NCBI GenBank assembly: GCA_029976005.1
Contig: JARKOQ010000172.1
Coordinates: forward strand, 2,254-66,253
Direction of reading: 5' to 3'
DNA length: 64,000 nucleotides
Source of the DNA: Aggregatilineales bacterium
GTDB lineage: Bacteria > Chloroflexota > Anaerolineae > Aggregatilineales > Ch27
Part shown: piece by piece, positions 41,082 to 57,001 of the stretch
Numbering within the stretch: position 1 is the stretch's first letter
How the letters are laid out: the number at the start of each line of letters is the position of its first letter
Notes under the pieces: model-generated
What the model saw: the letters and a program-made list of their open reading frames with translations, nothing else
Told to the model about the DNA's origin: nothing
The model's database searches: none
Translations under genes and position numbers: made by a program

Positions 41082-44043
41082 AGTCCAACTGAGCGACATC
41101 AAGAGCTACGCCAAAAACAGCCCGGCGATCGAGTTTCGGCCCGGCGTCAACCTGATCCAGGGTCACAACGGGGCGGGCAAGTCGACCCTGCTGGAAGCGA
41201 TTGGCGTGGCCCTGTTCGACAGCCGTCCGTATACCAACCCTCAGTTTGTCCGGGAAGGGGCGCGATCCGGGACCATCACGGTGGGCTTCATGAGCGCCCT
41301 CGACGATCGTGAGTACGAGGTGGTGCGCGCGGTCGGCGCCAGCGCGTTTTACATCTACGACCCCGTGATCAGGCAGAAACTGTGCGAGGGCAAGGACGAT
41401 ACCTTCGCCTTCATCCGCAGGCATTTGCAGGTTGAGCCGGACACCGAACTGGCGGGTCTGTTCCAGGATGCGATCGGCGTGCCGCAGGGCACCATGACGG
41501 GCATCTTCCTGGAGACGGCCGGGACGCGCAAAGCCAAGTTCGACCGCCTGCTGGGGATCGATTCGTACGAGCGAGTTTGGACGAGCCTGCGCGACACCGC
41601 CAGCTTCATCGACCGGATGATCGGCGACAGTGGCCGGGAAATCGCCGAACTGCAGGGCATGCTGGTCGATCTGCCGGGGGTGCAGGCCGAGGTCGAACGC
41701 CTGGAGAATCTGGTCGGCCAGGGGCAGACGGAGCGCCAGGCGCGGGAATCCGCCATCGGCGAGGTCTCGGAGTCGGTTCAGGCCTTCGACCGGACGAAAG
41801 CGCAGATCGATCAGTTGGCCGGTCAACTGGCCGAGTTCGCCACCGATCTCGCCCGGCTGGAGGAGCGCGCCAGGCAGGCGCGGGCAGAGACTCAAAGCGC
41901 GGAGGAAGCCGCCGCTATCCTGGCGGAAAGCGCCGCCGGATTCGAGGCCTATACCCTGGCGGACGAAACGTTGAAGACTCTGGAACCGCAGCAGAAAGCG
42001 CGCGCCTTGCTGCTCGACAGCCGCCGCGATCTGGAGACGGCACGCCAGCTTGGCGAACAGGAAGCTGCCCGGCTCGAAACCCAATTGGAGGGGGTCGTGG
42101 CCGCGGAGGCGGAAGTCCGGCGGCTGGAGCCGCTGGTGGAACAACAGGCGGCTCTGGAGGCCGAACTGGCCCGGCTTCAGGATGCGACGTTCCGGCATCG
42201 CCAGCTCGAATCCCAGCTTCGTCAGACGGCGCAGATGCGGGCCGATCTCGATTTTCGGCTGGCGCGGAGTCGCCAGCGGGCAGTGGAGGAGCAGGTCAGC
42301 GCCGAGGCAGCGCCTCCTGCGGAGGAGGCCGGCGCTGGAGATGATTTCGCCGAGCTGGCATCGCAACTGCGCGAAGGGCTGGCCGGATTGGAAAACGAGC
42401 TGACCCAGGTCGCCGAGGCCCGGCAGGCGGCCGGACACGCGGAGTCGGCCCTGGCCGAGGCGCGCCTGCATGTGACGGAGCGGACGAACGGGCAGGAGGA
42501 ACTCCGCCGGATTGAAGCCGATCTGGCGGCGGCCCGCGAGCGGCTGGCCGATGCCCGCCTGGAAGTTCGCCAGGGCGAGCAGGCCCGCCAGCAGCTTGAG
42601 GCGCATCAAACCCTGCTGGACGGCGCCGAGGCGGTCTGCCCGGTCTGCCACCAGCCCCTCAATCCACAGGCGCGGGCCGAGAGCGCCGCGCATTTCGCGG
42701 CCGAGCAGGCACGTCTGGACGAGTCGCTGGCCCGCGCCCGCGCAACCGAGACGGACTCGGCCAGGGCTGTCGCGGCGCTGGATGGCCAGCGCCAGACCCT
42801 GGCCGCCCGGATCGAGAGCCTGCCTTCGGAGGCCAGTCTGGAGGCAGCCGAAGCGCGAGCGCGCCAGACGGCCGACGCGCTGCACGCGCGCCGGGTTGGA
42901 GCAGGCCGCGATCTGGCCCTGGTCGAGGCGAGATTCCAGCGGTTCGATCGAAGTCTGGTGGAAGCGCAGGCGGCCCTGGACGAACTGGCCGGGGCGATTG
43001 GCCATGCGGCGGAGCTTCAGGTTCAGATCGAAGCGCTGGCCGATCCACGCCGCGCTCGCGATCGCGCGCTGGATCGCGCCGCGGAGCGGCTTACAATCGA
43101 ACCGGCACTGGCGGCCGCGCGGGCCAATCTGGAGGCGGTGCGGGGCCAGTTCGACGACCTGAACCAGCAATTGGCCGTGTTTGAAGGGCTGGACGAGGCG
43201 CTGGAGGCCGCCCGCCGCGATCGGGAGCTGCACGGCGAGGCGTACCGGCGCACGCTGGCCCACCAGACGGCGGCGGCGCAGCTTCAGGCGCGCCGGGCCG
43301 CGCTGGAAGGGCTGACGGGTGAAATCGCGGCGCGGGAGGCGGCGCGCCAGAGTCTGGTTCAGGAACGCGACGGGCTGCTGGCCGGATACGACGCGGCGGC
43401 GCACGATGCGCGGCGGCTGGAGCAGACCCGTTTGCAGGTGGAACTGGGCCAGATTCAGGCCCGGCTGGACGAGCATCAACACATGCTGTATGGGATGGAG
43501 GCGCGCCGGGCGGACCTGCTGGAGAAGCAGCAGGCGCTCGAACGGCTCCAGGCCGAGGTTGGCCGCCTGCAAGCGCGCAAGGAAGGCTTCGAATTTGTAC
43601 GCGGCGCGATTCGGGGAGCAGGCCCCAGGATCGCCGAACAGCTCGTCCAGTTGATCGGCGAACAGGCCAACCGGACGTTTGGCGACATCCTGGGAGATTA
43701 CAGCCTGACGCTCAACTGGAGCAAGGACTATGCCATCAGCGTCAACGCCGCGGGCGAGACGCGCGCTTTCGAGCTGCTATCCGGCGGGGAACAGATGATC
43801 GCGGCGATGGCGGTCCGGCTGGCGCTGCTTACCCAGCTTGCCAGCGTGCGCTTCGCTTTCTTCGACGAGCCGACGGCCAACCTGGATGAGACGCGCCGCG
43901 AGCAGCTTGCCCAGCGCCTTTCGGAAATCCGCAGCTTGCAACAGTTGTTCGTGATCAGCCACGACGATACCTTCGAGCAGGAGAGCTACCACGTCGTCCA
44001 GGTGCGCAAGGAGAATGGCCTGAGTCAGGTGGAAATCCTATGA
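41068..44043 (+). CDS. Rad50/SbcC SMC-like ATPase
   Basis: Walker A GHNGAGKS, Q-loop VPQG, zinc hook CPVC, signature LSGGE, Walker B FFDEPT, ISH; long coiled coil; start ATG 41068. Confidence 0.93.
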   Translation: MWITKVQLSDIKSYAKNSPAIEFRPGVNLIQGHNGAGKSTLLEAIGVALFDSRPYTNPQFVREGARSGTITVGFMSALDDREYEVVRAVGASAFYIYDPVIRQKLCEGKDDTFAFIRRHLQVEPDTELAGLFQDAIGVPQGTMTGIFLETAGTRKAKFDRLLGIDSYERVWTSLRDTASFIDRMIGDSGREIAELQGMLVDLPGVQAEVERLENLVGQGQTERQARESAIGEVSESVQAFDRTKAQIDQLAGQLAEFATDLARLEERARQARAETQSAEEAAAILAESAAGFEAYTLADETLKTLEPQQKARALLLDSRRDLETARQLGEQEAARLETQLEGVVAAEAEVRRLEPLVEQQAALEAELARLQDATFRHRQLESQLRQTAQMRADLDFRLARSRQRAVEEQVSAEAAPPAEEAGAGDDFAELASQLREGLAGLENELTQVAEARQAAGHAESALAEARLHVTERTNGQEELRRIEADLAAARERLADARLEVRQGEQARQQLEAHQTLLDGAEAVCPVCHQPLNPQARAESAAHFAAEQARLDESLARARATETDSARAVAALDGQRQTLAARIESLPSEASLEAAEARARQTADALHARRVGAGRDLALVEARFQRFDRSLVEAQAALDELAGAIGHAAELQVQIEALADPRRARDRALDRAAERLTIEPALAAARANLEAVRGQFDDLNQQLAVFEGLDEALEAARRDRELHGEAYRRTLAHQTAAAQLQARRAALEGLTGEIAAREAARQSLVQERDGLLAGYDAAAHDARRLEQTRLQVELGQIQARLDEHQHMLYGMEARRADLLEKQQALERLQAEVGRLQARKEGFEFVRGAIRGAGPRIAEQLVQLIGEQANRTFGDILGDYSLTLNWSKDYAISVNAAGETRAFELLSGGEQMIAAMAVRLALLTQLASVRFAFFDEPTANLDETRREQLAQRLSEIRSLQQLFVISHDDTFEQESYHVVQVRKENGLSQVEIL

Positions 44044-45218
44044 GTCCTCTCTATGCCGGACGGGTCGCGGCTGCCTTGAAGGGCCGGGGAGACGAATTCA
44101 GCGCTGCCCAGCGGGAGATGCAATCCGACATGAAGCGCATGCGGGACGCCCTGGAGCGCTTCAAGAAGATGCGCCTCGCGGACATCGACGCGCGTCTGGC
44201 CCAGTGGACGGCGGAAACCGGCCACGAACACGTGGGCGCGCGCCCGACCCCGGAACAGGAATCCGGCCCGTTCGTGGTGAAGTTCGATTCGTCCTGGCTG
44301 CATCACCGGGATGCCCGCGATTGGGCCGCCGATACCCTGGCCGGGGTGACGACCTTCGCGGCGGATGGCTCGCAGATTTTCCCCAGCGGCGACATGTCGA
44401 TCCCGGTCGGGCTGATCCAGGTGGGCTGGTTCGAGAATCCCCACGATCAGCGCGGCTCTTATACCAAGGATGTGCAGGTAGACATTGTGACCCCGGCGGA
44501 GCTGACCCGGGAGTACGAGCCGGGCTACGCGGAGCGCGAAATCGAGTGGCGGCGCTTTCGGAACGAGATGCTCCAGACCATGATGTTCCTGAAGCGCATG
44601 GCGGGCAAGCGCGCCCTGGCTTTCGTGGACGGTTCGTTGATCCTGTCCTTCGTGCACACCATGCGCGAACCGCGCCAGCGCGAGTACATCCGGCTCGTCC
44701 AGGACCTCCTGGACCTTTCCGAATCGACCGGCGTGCCGGTGGTGGGGTACGTCGATTCGAGCCAGTCCGCCGACCTATCCGGCCTGGTCCAGGCGGCCGC
44801 CGGATACAGCGGCCAGCGGATGGGGGACGCTATCCTGGTGCAGCGCGACCTGGCCTGGGGCGACCGCTGCCGGATGTTCGTTTGCGACCGGGACGACGAG
44901 GTCATTGACTCGTCGTATTATCCCAGGGTGTGTTTCACCTATCTCAGGACGACGCGCGATCATCCCCCGGCCCGGGTGGAAATGCCCGGCTGGGTATTCG
45001 AGGCGGGTCTGCACGAGCAGATACTCGATGTCGTGCGCGCCGAGTGTGTCGTCGGGGTGGGGTATCCTTATCCCCTGGAGACCGCGGACGCGGTGGCCGT
45101 CCTGTCCATGCAGGATCGGGAACGCTTCTACCGGCTTTTTCAGGAGTTTGCCAGGGAGCGCGACATCCCGGTGCATTTCAGCCGTAAGTCGATCAGCAAG
45201 CGCGGCCGTCGTTTGTGA
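44040..45218 (+). CDS. nurA: NurA-family 5'-3' nuclease
   Basis: FAADGSQ, VDGSL, RVE.P.W, GYPYPLE.AD; operon context. Confidence 0.85.
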   Translation: MSPLYAGRVAAALKGRGDEFSAAQREMQSDMKRMRDALERFKKMRLADIDARLAQWTAETGHEHVGARPTPEQESGPFVVKFDSSWLHHRDARDWAADTLAGVTTFAADGSQIFPSGDMSIPVGLIQVGWFENPHDQRGSYTKDVQVDIVTPAELTREYEPGYAEREIEWRRFRNEMLQTMMFLKRMAGKRALAFVDGSLILSFVHTMREPRQREYIRLVQDLLDLSESTGVPVVGYVDSSQSADLSGLVQAAAGYSGQRMGDAILVQRDLAWGDRCRMFVCDRDDEVIDSSYYPRVCFTYLRTTRDHPPARVEMPGWVFEAGLHEQILDVVRAECVVGVGYPYPLETADAVAVLSMQDRERFYRLFQEFARERDIPVHFSRKSISKRGRRL

Positions 45219-45229
45219 GGAGGTGGCTG

Positions 45230-45850
45230 GTGAGCAAAACCCGCGAGGTCATCCTCGGGAAGATCGTCAAGTCGAACAGCCATACCGATTACGTGTGCCA
45301 GGTCTACAGCCTGAACGAGTTCGAGCCGGCCCCGCGCCCGGAGAACTACGCGCTGGGGACGTTCGTCAAGATCGAGCTGACGGATGGGACAAGTCCGGCC
45401 TACCTGGTGGGTCTGATCTACGACACCGTGCTGCTCAATCCGGAGTTCGGGCGGCTTGGGCCGCGCCTGTCCTCCGAGTCCGAGCTGACGACGTTTTCGC
45501 CCGATTACCTGAACGAGCGGGCGGTGCTGCTGGGGATCACGGCGATCGGGCGGGTCAAGGCCAACGGCGAGGCGGTGCTGGGGGTGCCCCGCCTGGCGGC
45601 CCGGAGCGATGCGCTCGTCCGGGAGATGACCCGCGAGGAGATCGTCCACTTTCACACCGGCAGCGGGCAACTGGACCTTTCTTACCTGCCAATCCTGGTG
45701 CGGATCGACAATCCGCTGGCGTACCATCTGGCCCGGATCGTGTTGCTCCGTCTGATGGATTTGCTGCCGGCGTATCGGGCTGAACTGGATGTCCTGGAAG
45801 ACGATTTGGGCTGGCAGACGCAGATCGGCCCGCTGGGAGGGCTGCAATGA
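45230..45850 (+). CDS. Stand-alone HAS-barrel-like protein
   Basis: LGKIVKSNSH.DYVCQV, YALG.FV, VGLIYDT; GAGGAGG RBS before GTG 45230; sits between nurA and herA. Confidence 0.65.
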   Translation: MSKTREVILGKIVKSNSHTDYVCQVYSLNEFEPAPRPENYALGTFVKIELTDGTSPAYLVGLIYDTVLLNPEFGRLGPRLSSESELTTFSPDYLNERAVLLGITAIGRVKANGEAVLGVPRLAARSDALVREMTREEIVHFHTGSGQLDLSYLPILVRIDNPLAYHLARIVLLRLMDLLPAYRAELDVLEDDLGWQTQIGPLGGLQ

Positions 45851-47517
45851 ACCGTCCACTCGGTCGCGCCAAAGGGCCTGGGCCGACGCCCCACAGTTTT
45901 CTGTTCGTCTCGCCCGACCTGGAGAAGAACCTCAAGGTCGGCGAGTTCATCACCTACGAGGCCGAGATCGACGGCGAGCCGCAGACGATCCTGGCGCGGA
46001 TCAGCGAGCGGCGGCCGGTGCGCCTGTACCCCGACCCGTTTTCGTCCGATCCGGCCATCGACCCGAACCGGGTGGCGGCGATTGTTGGCTACAGCGGCAA
46101 GACCAGCGAGCTGTTCGAGATCACGGCCGAGGTGATCGGCTGTTACGACGAGAAGCTGCGCGCGTTTATTAACCCGCGTGTCCCGCCGCGGGTGGGCACA
46201 CCGATCGCCCTGGCCGGGAATGAATACCTGTCCAGGGTGCTGAGCCGCGTCAAGGCCGGGGAAGTCGGATCGGCCACGGTGGGCTGGCTGCTCAGCCGGC
46301 CGCGCCTCCAGGTGCCAATCGCGATTGACGTCAACGCTCTGGTCAGCACCCACATGGCGATCATCGCCAGCACCGGAGCTGGCAAGAGCTATACCGCCGG
46401 GGTGTTGATCGAGGAAATGCTCAAGGCCAACAATAGGGCGGCGATCCTGGTGATCGATCCCCACGGCGAGTACGAGACCCTGGCGGAGATCGCCAATAGC
46501 AATGCCCTGAGTGGTGACGGCTACCGGCCCGGCGCGCGCGTCCACGCGCCGGGGGGGATCAAAATCCGGGTGGGAACGCTGGAGCAGGGCGATCTGCGCT
46601 ATCTGCTGCCCAACGTCTCCGATCGGATGAGCTACGTGCTCGGCCGGGCGTACCGGGAAGCCGAGAACATCAGCAAGAAGCGGTGCAGCGACCCGAATCG
46701 CTGGACGCTGCGCGAGCTTGAGGACGCGATCGATCGCCAGGGCGAAAACGAGGAAGACACCTTCGACCGGGGATCGGCCAACGCGCTGCTGTGGCGGCTG
46801 CGGGCCACGATCCATACCGGCGCGGACGAAATCTTCGACGATCAGCAGCAAACGCCCTTGAGCGAATTATTCCAGCCCGGCCGGGTGACGGTCATGCGGC
46901 TCGACCAGGTGGACGAGCGCCAGCAGCAGGTGATCGTGGCCGCACTGCTGCGGCGGGTGTTTTATGCCCGGATGGACAACAAGAACGAGCAGGTCGCCCC
47001 CGGCAGCGACAACTACTTGCCGTACCCGGTCTTCATCCTGATCGAGGAGGCGCACAACTTCGCCCCGGCCAACGCGGACATCGTGACGACCAACATCCTC
47101 AAGAAAGTCCTGGCCGAAGGGCGCAAGTTCGGGGTGGGGGTCGGGCTGATCAGCCAGCGGCCCGGCAAGCTGGACCCGGACGTGCTCTCTCAATGCAACA
47201 CGCAGTTCCTGCTGCGGATCGTCAATCCGGTCGACCAGGCGCGCGTCCGCGAGAGCGTGGAGAGCGTGGGGCGCGATCTGCTGGACGAACTGCCCGCGCT
47301 GACCAAGGGCCAGGCCATCATCTCCGGGGCGGCGGTCAACACGCCCGTGCTGTGCCAGATTCGGGAGCGCTACGTCCGGCACGGCGGCGAAAGCCAGTCG
47401 GCGGTGGATGAGTGGCGCAGCTATTCCGGTGAGGCGCAGACCCGGCGGCGCGAACGGGATACCGCGACCCCGCGCCAGCCCTCGTCGCGGCGCTCGTCCC
47501 TGTTCAAGGAAGACTGA
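45847..47517 (+). CDS. herA: HerA-family ATPase/helicase
   Basis: N-terminal HAS barrel, HMAIIASTGAGKS, IDPHGEY, IEEAH, EGRKFGVG...SQRP, SQCNT. Confidence 0.9.
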   Translation: MNRPLGRAKGPGPTPHSFLFVSPDLEKNLKVGEFITYEAEIDGEPQTILARISERRPVRLYPDPFSSDPAIDPNRVAAIVGYSGKTSELFEITAEVIGCYDEKLRAFINPRVPPRVGTPIALAGNEYLSRVLSRVKAGEVGSATVGWLLSRPRLQVPIAIDVNALVSTHMAIIASTGAGKSYTAGVLIEEMLKANNRAAILVIDPHGEYETLAEIANSNALSGDGYRPGARVHAPGGIKIRVGTLEQGDLRYLLPNVSDRMSYVLGRAYREAENISKKRCSDPNRWTLRELEDAIDRQGENEEDTFDRGSANALLWRLRATIHTGADEIFDDQQQTPLSELFQPGRVTVMRLDQVDERQQQVIVAALLRRVFYARMDNKNEQVAPGSDNYLPYPVFILIEEAHNFAPANADIVTTNILKKVLAEGRKFGVGVGLISQRPGKLDPDVLSQCNTQFLLRIVNPVDQARVRESVESVGRDLLDELPALTKGQAIISGAAVNTPVLCQIRERYVRHGGESQSAVDEWRSYSGEAQTRRRERDTATPRQPSSRRSSLFKED

Positions 47518-47545
47518 TCACCGCGAAATACTCAGTAGAAATGCG

Positions 47546-47584
47546 ACGCCCTGCCGGTTTTCGTCCGGCAGGGCGTTTTGTTTG
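47546..47584 (+). terminator. Intrinsic terminator after herA
   Basis: ACGCCCTGCCGG-loop-CCGGCAGGGCGT followed by TTTGTTT. Confidence 0.85.
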
Positions 47585-47823
47585 GAGGCGTGGCGTCGGG
47601 TGAAAATCATGCTCGTATTCCGACCGGTATATTACTTCCTGGGTATTATTTAGAATTCCTGTGTCCAAATCCGGGTAGCGACTTGTGCGTAATATCCTGG
47701 TTTATGCAACATGACGAAAAATAGCCCCCCATTCTTCTCGCAATCTAGCACATGACAGCCGGGGTGACATTCCTTTACGATGAACTCACTTAGACATTGT
47801 TGTGTCGTCACGGAGGTTTCATT

Positions 47824-49242
<1,419 letters not shown>

Positions 49243-49294
49243 ACCCTGTCCCGGCATCGTCTCGAATGACTGCGAACAGAAAAGGTGAAGCGTC

Positions 49295-49678
49295 ATGACC
49301 AAGAAAATCGAAGCCATCATCCGTGAAGACAAACTCGACGCCGTGAAGGATGCCTTGAGCGCGATCGGGATCATGGGCCTGAACGTCATCCAGATTCGCG
49401 GCCGCGGCCGGCAGGGCGGGATCAAGTTGAATTGGCGCAACGGCTCGTACGTGGTCGATCTGTTGCCCCGCGCCCAGGTCAACATCGTGCTCAGCGACGA
49501 CAACGTGGAGGCGACGATCGACGCGATCTGCAAGGCGGCGCATACCGGCCAGGAAGGCGACGGCCTGATCTTCGTCTACCCGGTGGAAGACGTGATCCGG
49601 ATCAGCACCGGAGAGCGCGGCCGCACCGCGATCAGCTACGCGGAGGACATCGACGAGCGTAAGGTGAAGTCTCACTAA
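49295..49678 (+). CDS. glnK: P-II nitrogen regulator
   Basis: KKIEAIIR, GRGRQ.G, T-loop Tyr, TG..GDG.IF..PV..VIRI.TGERG; adjacent to amt. Confidence 0.88.
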   Translation: MTKKIEAIIREDKLDAVKDALSAIGIMGLNVIQIRGRGRQGGIKLNWRNGSYVVDLLPRAQVNIVLSDDNVEATIDAICKAAHTGQEGDGLIFVYPVEDVIRISTGERGRTAISYAEDIDERKVKSH

Positions 49679-49705
49679 AGCCTGTTTTCAATCAATCCGA
49701 ATCCG

Positions 49706-49740
49706 GGGGGCGATGACTGGCGCAACGTCATCGCCCTCTT
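49706..49740 (+). terminator. Hairpin between glnK and gltB (weak terminator or mRNA stabiliser)
   Basis: GGGGGCGATGAC-loop-GTCATCGCCCTC with only a short T tail. Confidence 0.5.
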
Positions 49741-49788
49741 GGCCTATCCGACGACCGGCGTCAACAGGTAATTCCAGGAGAGACGACG

Positions 49789-54495
<4,707 letters not shown>

Positions 54496-54512
54496 GCCTA
54501 ACGACTCAACAA

Positions 54513-54542
54513 AGAGGCGCTGGTCGAAGGATCAGCGCCTCT
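54513..54542. terminator. Probable bidirectional terminator between gltB and hoxW
   Basis: AGAGGCGCTGGTC-GAAG-GATCAGCGCCTCT between convergent genes. Confidence 0.7.
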
Positions 54543-54561
54543 CGTGTTTCATGGGGATGGG

Positions 54562-55017
54562 TCAGGCCGCGGAGCGGATCAACGCCTCGATCCGGGCCAG
54601 CAGGTCGGGCAGCGCGGCGCTGACCTCCGGCGATAGTCCTTCCGCGAACTCGAAGGACTTGCCGCACACGGTCAGCAGCACCATCCTCGGCGCGGCTCCA
54701 TACAGCGCCCGCGCCCCGGCCAGCAAGCCTTCCGGACTCTGGTGATGGTGCAGGGTATCTGCCGCGTTCGGGTCGAAAGAGACCTCGCGCTGGCTGATCT
54801 GGCCGGGGGAGTCGCCCGCCTCGGCGTCGATCAGGATTACCAGCCGTGCGGCGCTGATCCATTCAACCAGATCGAGTGTAAGCTGGTGGCAAGTGAGAGC
54901 CTCCACTCCGGGCAGGGTCTGCTGCTGGAGCGCCTCGGCGGCGACCCAGCCCAGCCCGTCATCACCCCGCAGGGTATTCCCGAAGCCGATGACCCTCACC
55001 TGACGTGTCTCACTCAT
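54562..55017 (-). CDS. hoxW: Hydrogenase maturation protease
   Basis: IGFGNTLRGDDGLG, HQLT, IDA, LHH; start ATG 55017 overlaps the hoxH stop. Confidence 0.88.
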   Translation of the reverse strand: MSETRQVRVIGFGNTLRGDDGLGWVAAEALQQQTLPGVEALTCHQLTLDLVEWISAARLVILIDAEAGDSPGQISQREVSFDPNAADTLHHHQSPEGLLAGARALYGAAPRMVLLTVCGKSFEFAEGLSPEVSAALPDLLARIEALIRSAA

Positions 55018-56438
55018 CCGCGCGTGACTTCGTCCAGCTTCTCGCCGTGCGGGCCGACCAGCTCGTACTGGATCGGCAGCTCGTTCTGGGCGTGGGTCGA
55101 GCAGCTCAGGCAGGGGTCGAAGGTGCGGATCACCGCTTCCACCCGGTTGAGCATCCCCTCGGTGAGCTTGTTGCCATCCACGTAGCGGTGGGCAACCTGC
55201 TGCACGGCCCGGTTCATGGCCATGTTGTTGTGCGTGGTCGAGACGATCATGTTGGCCCACACGATGCGGCCCTGTTCGTCCACGCGGTAGTGGTGGATCA
55301 GGGTGCCACGCGGGGCTTCGGTCACGCCGACGCCTTCCTCGGAGTTGGGGCCGGCGTTGGCGCGAACCATCTTGCCCAGGATGTCGGGATCGTCGAGCAT
55401 CATCTCGATCTTCTCGACGGCGTACAGGCACTCGATCAGACGGGCATAGTGGTAGTAGAACGAGCTGAGCACGACACGACGATCAAGCTGGCGGAATTCC
55501 GCCCATTCCTGGTCGGCGCGCGGCGTGCCGCAGCTATCGATGACGTTCAGGCGGGCCAGCGGGCCGACCCGGTAGATGCCGTCGGGATAGCCCATCGGCT
55601 TGTAGTACGGGAACTTCATGAAGGTCCACGGCTCGACGGCTTCGCCAATATAGTCGGCGTAGCGCTGGGCCTTGAAGCTAGGCTCGACCATGTGGCCGCG
55701 ATCGTCCACGATGCGCAGGTGGCCGTCATACAGGTCCAGCTCACCTTTGGGGGTGATGGTGCCCATGAACATGGTCGGGAAGTTGCCGAAGGTGCGGATT
55801 TCCTGGGCGTAGTCCTCCATCTTGCGCTTGAACCAGTCGAGGTTGCGCTGGAGGAGGACGTAGATTTCTGGGATGGTCGCCAGGATGCGGTCGCGGACTT
55901 CAGGCTCGAGCGGGCTGGCCACGCCGCCGGGGACAATCCAGGTCGGGTGCAGGCGCTTGCCGGCCATCCACTCGATGATCTCCTGGCCGAAGCGGCGCAG
56001 GCGGATGCCATCGCGGGCAACTTCGGGATACATCTGCATCAGCCCGAAGATGCTGCGCTTGGCCGGGTCCGATTCCATGCCCAGCAGGAAGTCCGGCGAG
56101 GACAGGTGGAAGAAGCTGAGCGCATGCGACTGGATGATCGAGGCCAGGTTGATGATCTGGCGCAGGCGATGGCCGGTCTCAGGCACGCGCACGGCCATGA
56201 TGCGGTCGGTGGCCTTGGCCGAGGCCAGCATGTGGCTGATGGTGCAGATGCCGCAGATGCGGCCCATGATGCCCGGCATCTCGTAGAAAGGGCGGCCTTC
56301 GATGAACTTCTCAAAGCCGCGGTACTGGGTGACATGGAAACGCGCGTCGGTCACGCCGCCGTTTTCATCGATCTGGATGGTGATCTTGGAATGACCCTCG
56401 ATCCGGGTGACGGGATCGATCACGATCTGTTTGGTCAT
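55014..56438 (-). CDS. hoxH: Group 3d [NiFe] hydrogenase large subunit
   Basis: PVTRIEGH, RICGIC, EAPRGTLIH, DPCLSCSTH plus cleavable tail. Confidence 0.95.
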   Translation of the reverse strand: MTKQIVIDPVTRIEGHSKITIQIDENGGVTDARFHVTQYRGFEKFIEGRPFYEMPGIMGRICGICTISHMLASAKATDRIMAVRVPETGHRLRQIINLASIIQSHALSFFHLSSPDFLLGMESDPAKRSIFGLMQMYPEVARDGIRLRRFGQEIIEWMAGKRLHPTWIVPGGVASPLEPEVRDRILATIPEIYVLLQRNLDWFKRKMEDYAQEIRTFGNFPTMFMGTITPKGELDLYDGHLRIVDDRGHMVEPSFKAQRYADYIGEAVEPWTFMKFPYYKPMGYPDGIYRVGPLARLNVIDSCGTPRADQEWAEFRQLDRRVVLSSFYYHYARLIECLYAVEKIEMMLDDPDILGKMVRANAGPNSEEGVGVTEAPRGTLIHHYRVDEQGRIVWANMIVSTTHNNMAMNRAVQQVAHRYVDGNKLTEGMLNRVEAVIRTFDPCLSCSTHAQNELPIQYELVGPHGEKLDEVTRG

Positions 56439-56449
56439 GGTTGTGCCTC

Positions 56450-57001
56450 CTAGGCGCCGGGACGGGTACGCTGGGTCAGGTCGGGGGTGCGGCCGGCGAC
56501 CAGTTCACTCAGCACGAAGTAGATGGTATCGGCCGAGGGCGGGCAGCCCTGGACGAATACATCCACCGGGACGACTTCGTGAATGGGACGCACGAACGGC
56601 AGCAGCTTGGGCACGACCTGATCCGGGACCTGCGGCTGGACGTTCACGTTCTCGATGTAGGCGCGGCTCTCGATATCCTTCACCAGGTAGGGATTGCGCA
56701 TCGTCGGCACGTTGCCGGCCACGGCGCAGTCGCCCAGGGCGACCAGGATGCGCGAGTGCGCGCGGATCATGTGAATTTTCTCGATGTCCTCGCTGCTGCT
56801 GATCGCGCCTTCGACGATCGCCACATCGACCATCTCAGGATAGTCCTTGGTCTTGCGGTCGACCAGCGGGCTGTAGACGATATCCACAGCCTTGGCGATC
56901 TCGATCAGGCGCTCGTCCATGTCGAGCAGGGACATATGACAGCCGGAGCAGCCATCCAGCCAGACGGTCGCGACGGTTACTTTGCTTGGTGCCTTGCTCA
57001 T
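56450..57001 (-). CDS. hoxY: Hydrogenase small subunit
   Basis: WLDGCSGCHMS, GDCA, GCPP. Confidence 0.93.
   Translation of the reverse strand: MSKAPSKVTVATVWLDGCSGCHMSLLDMDERLIEIAKAVDIVYSPLVDRKTKDYPEMVDVAIVEGAISSSEDIEKIHMIRAHSRILVALGDCAVAGNVPTMRNPYLVKDIESRAYIENVNVQPQVPDQVVPKLLPFVRPIHEVVPVDVFVQGCPPSADTIYFVLSELVAGRTPDLTQRTRPGA

Noticed and set aside
40864-43572. Long antisense or alternative-frame ORFs (e.g. 902 aa here; also 8892-11309, 5601-7586, 51265-53745)
   Set aside because: Shadow ORFs of well-supported genes, typical of high-GC codon bias, with no motifs
45847-47517. HerA as an anti-phage system (Sir2-HerA type)
   Set aside because: Context is nurA/mre11/rad50, with no Sir2 or other effector and no defence-island features
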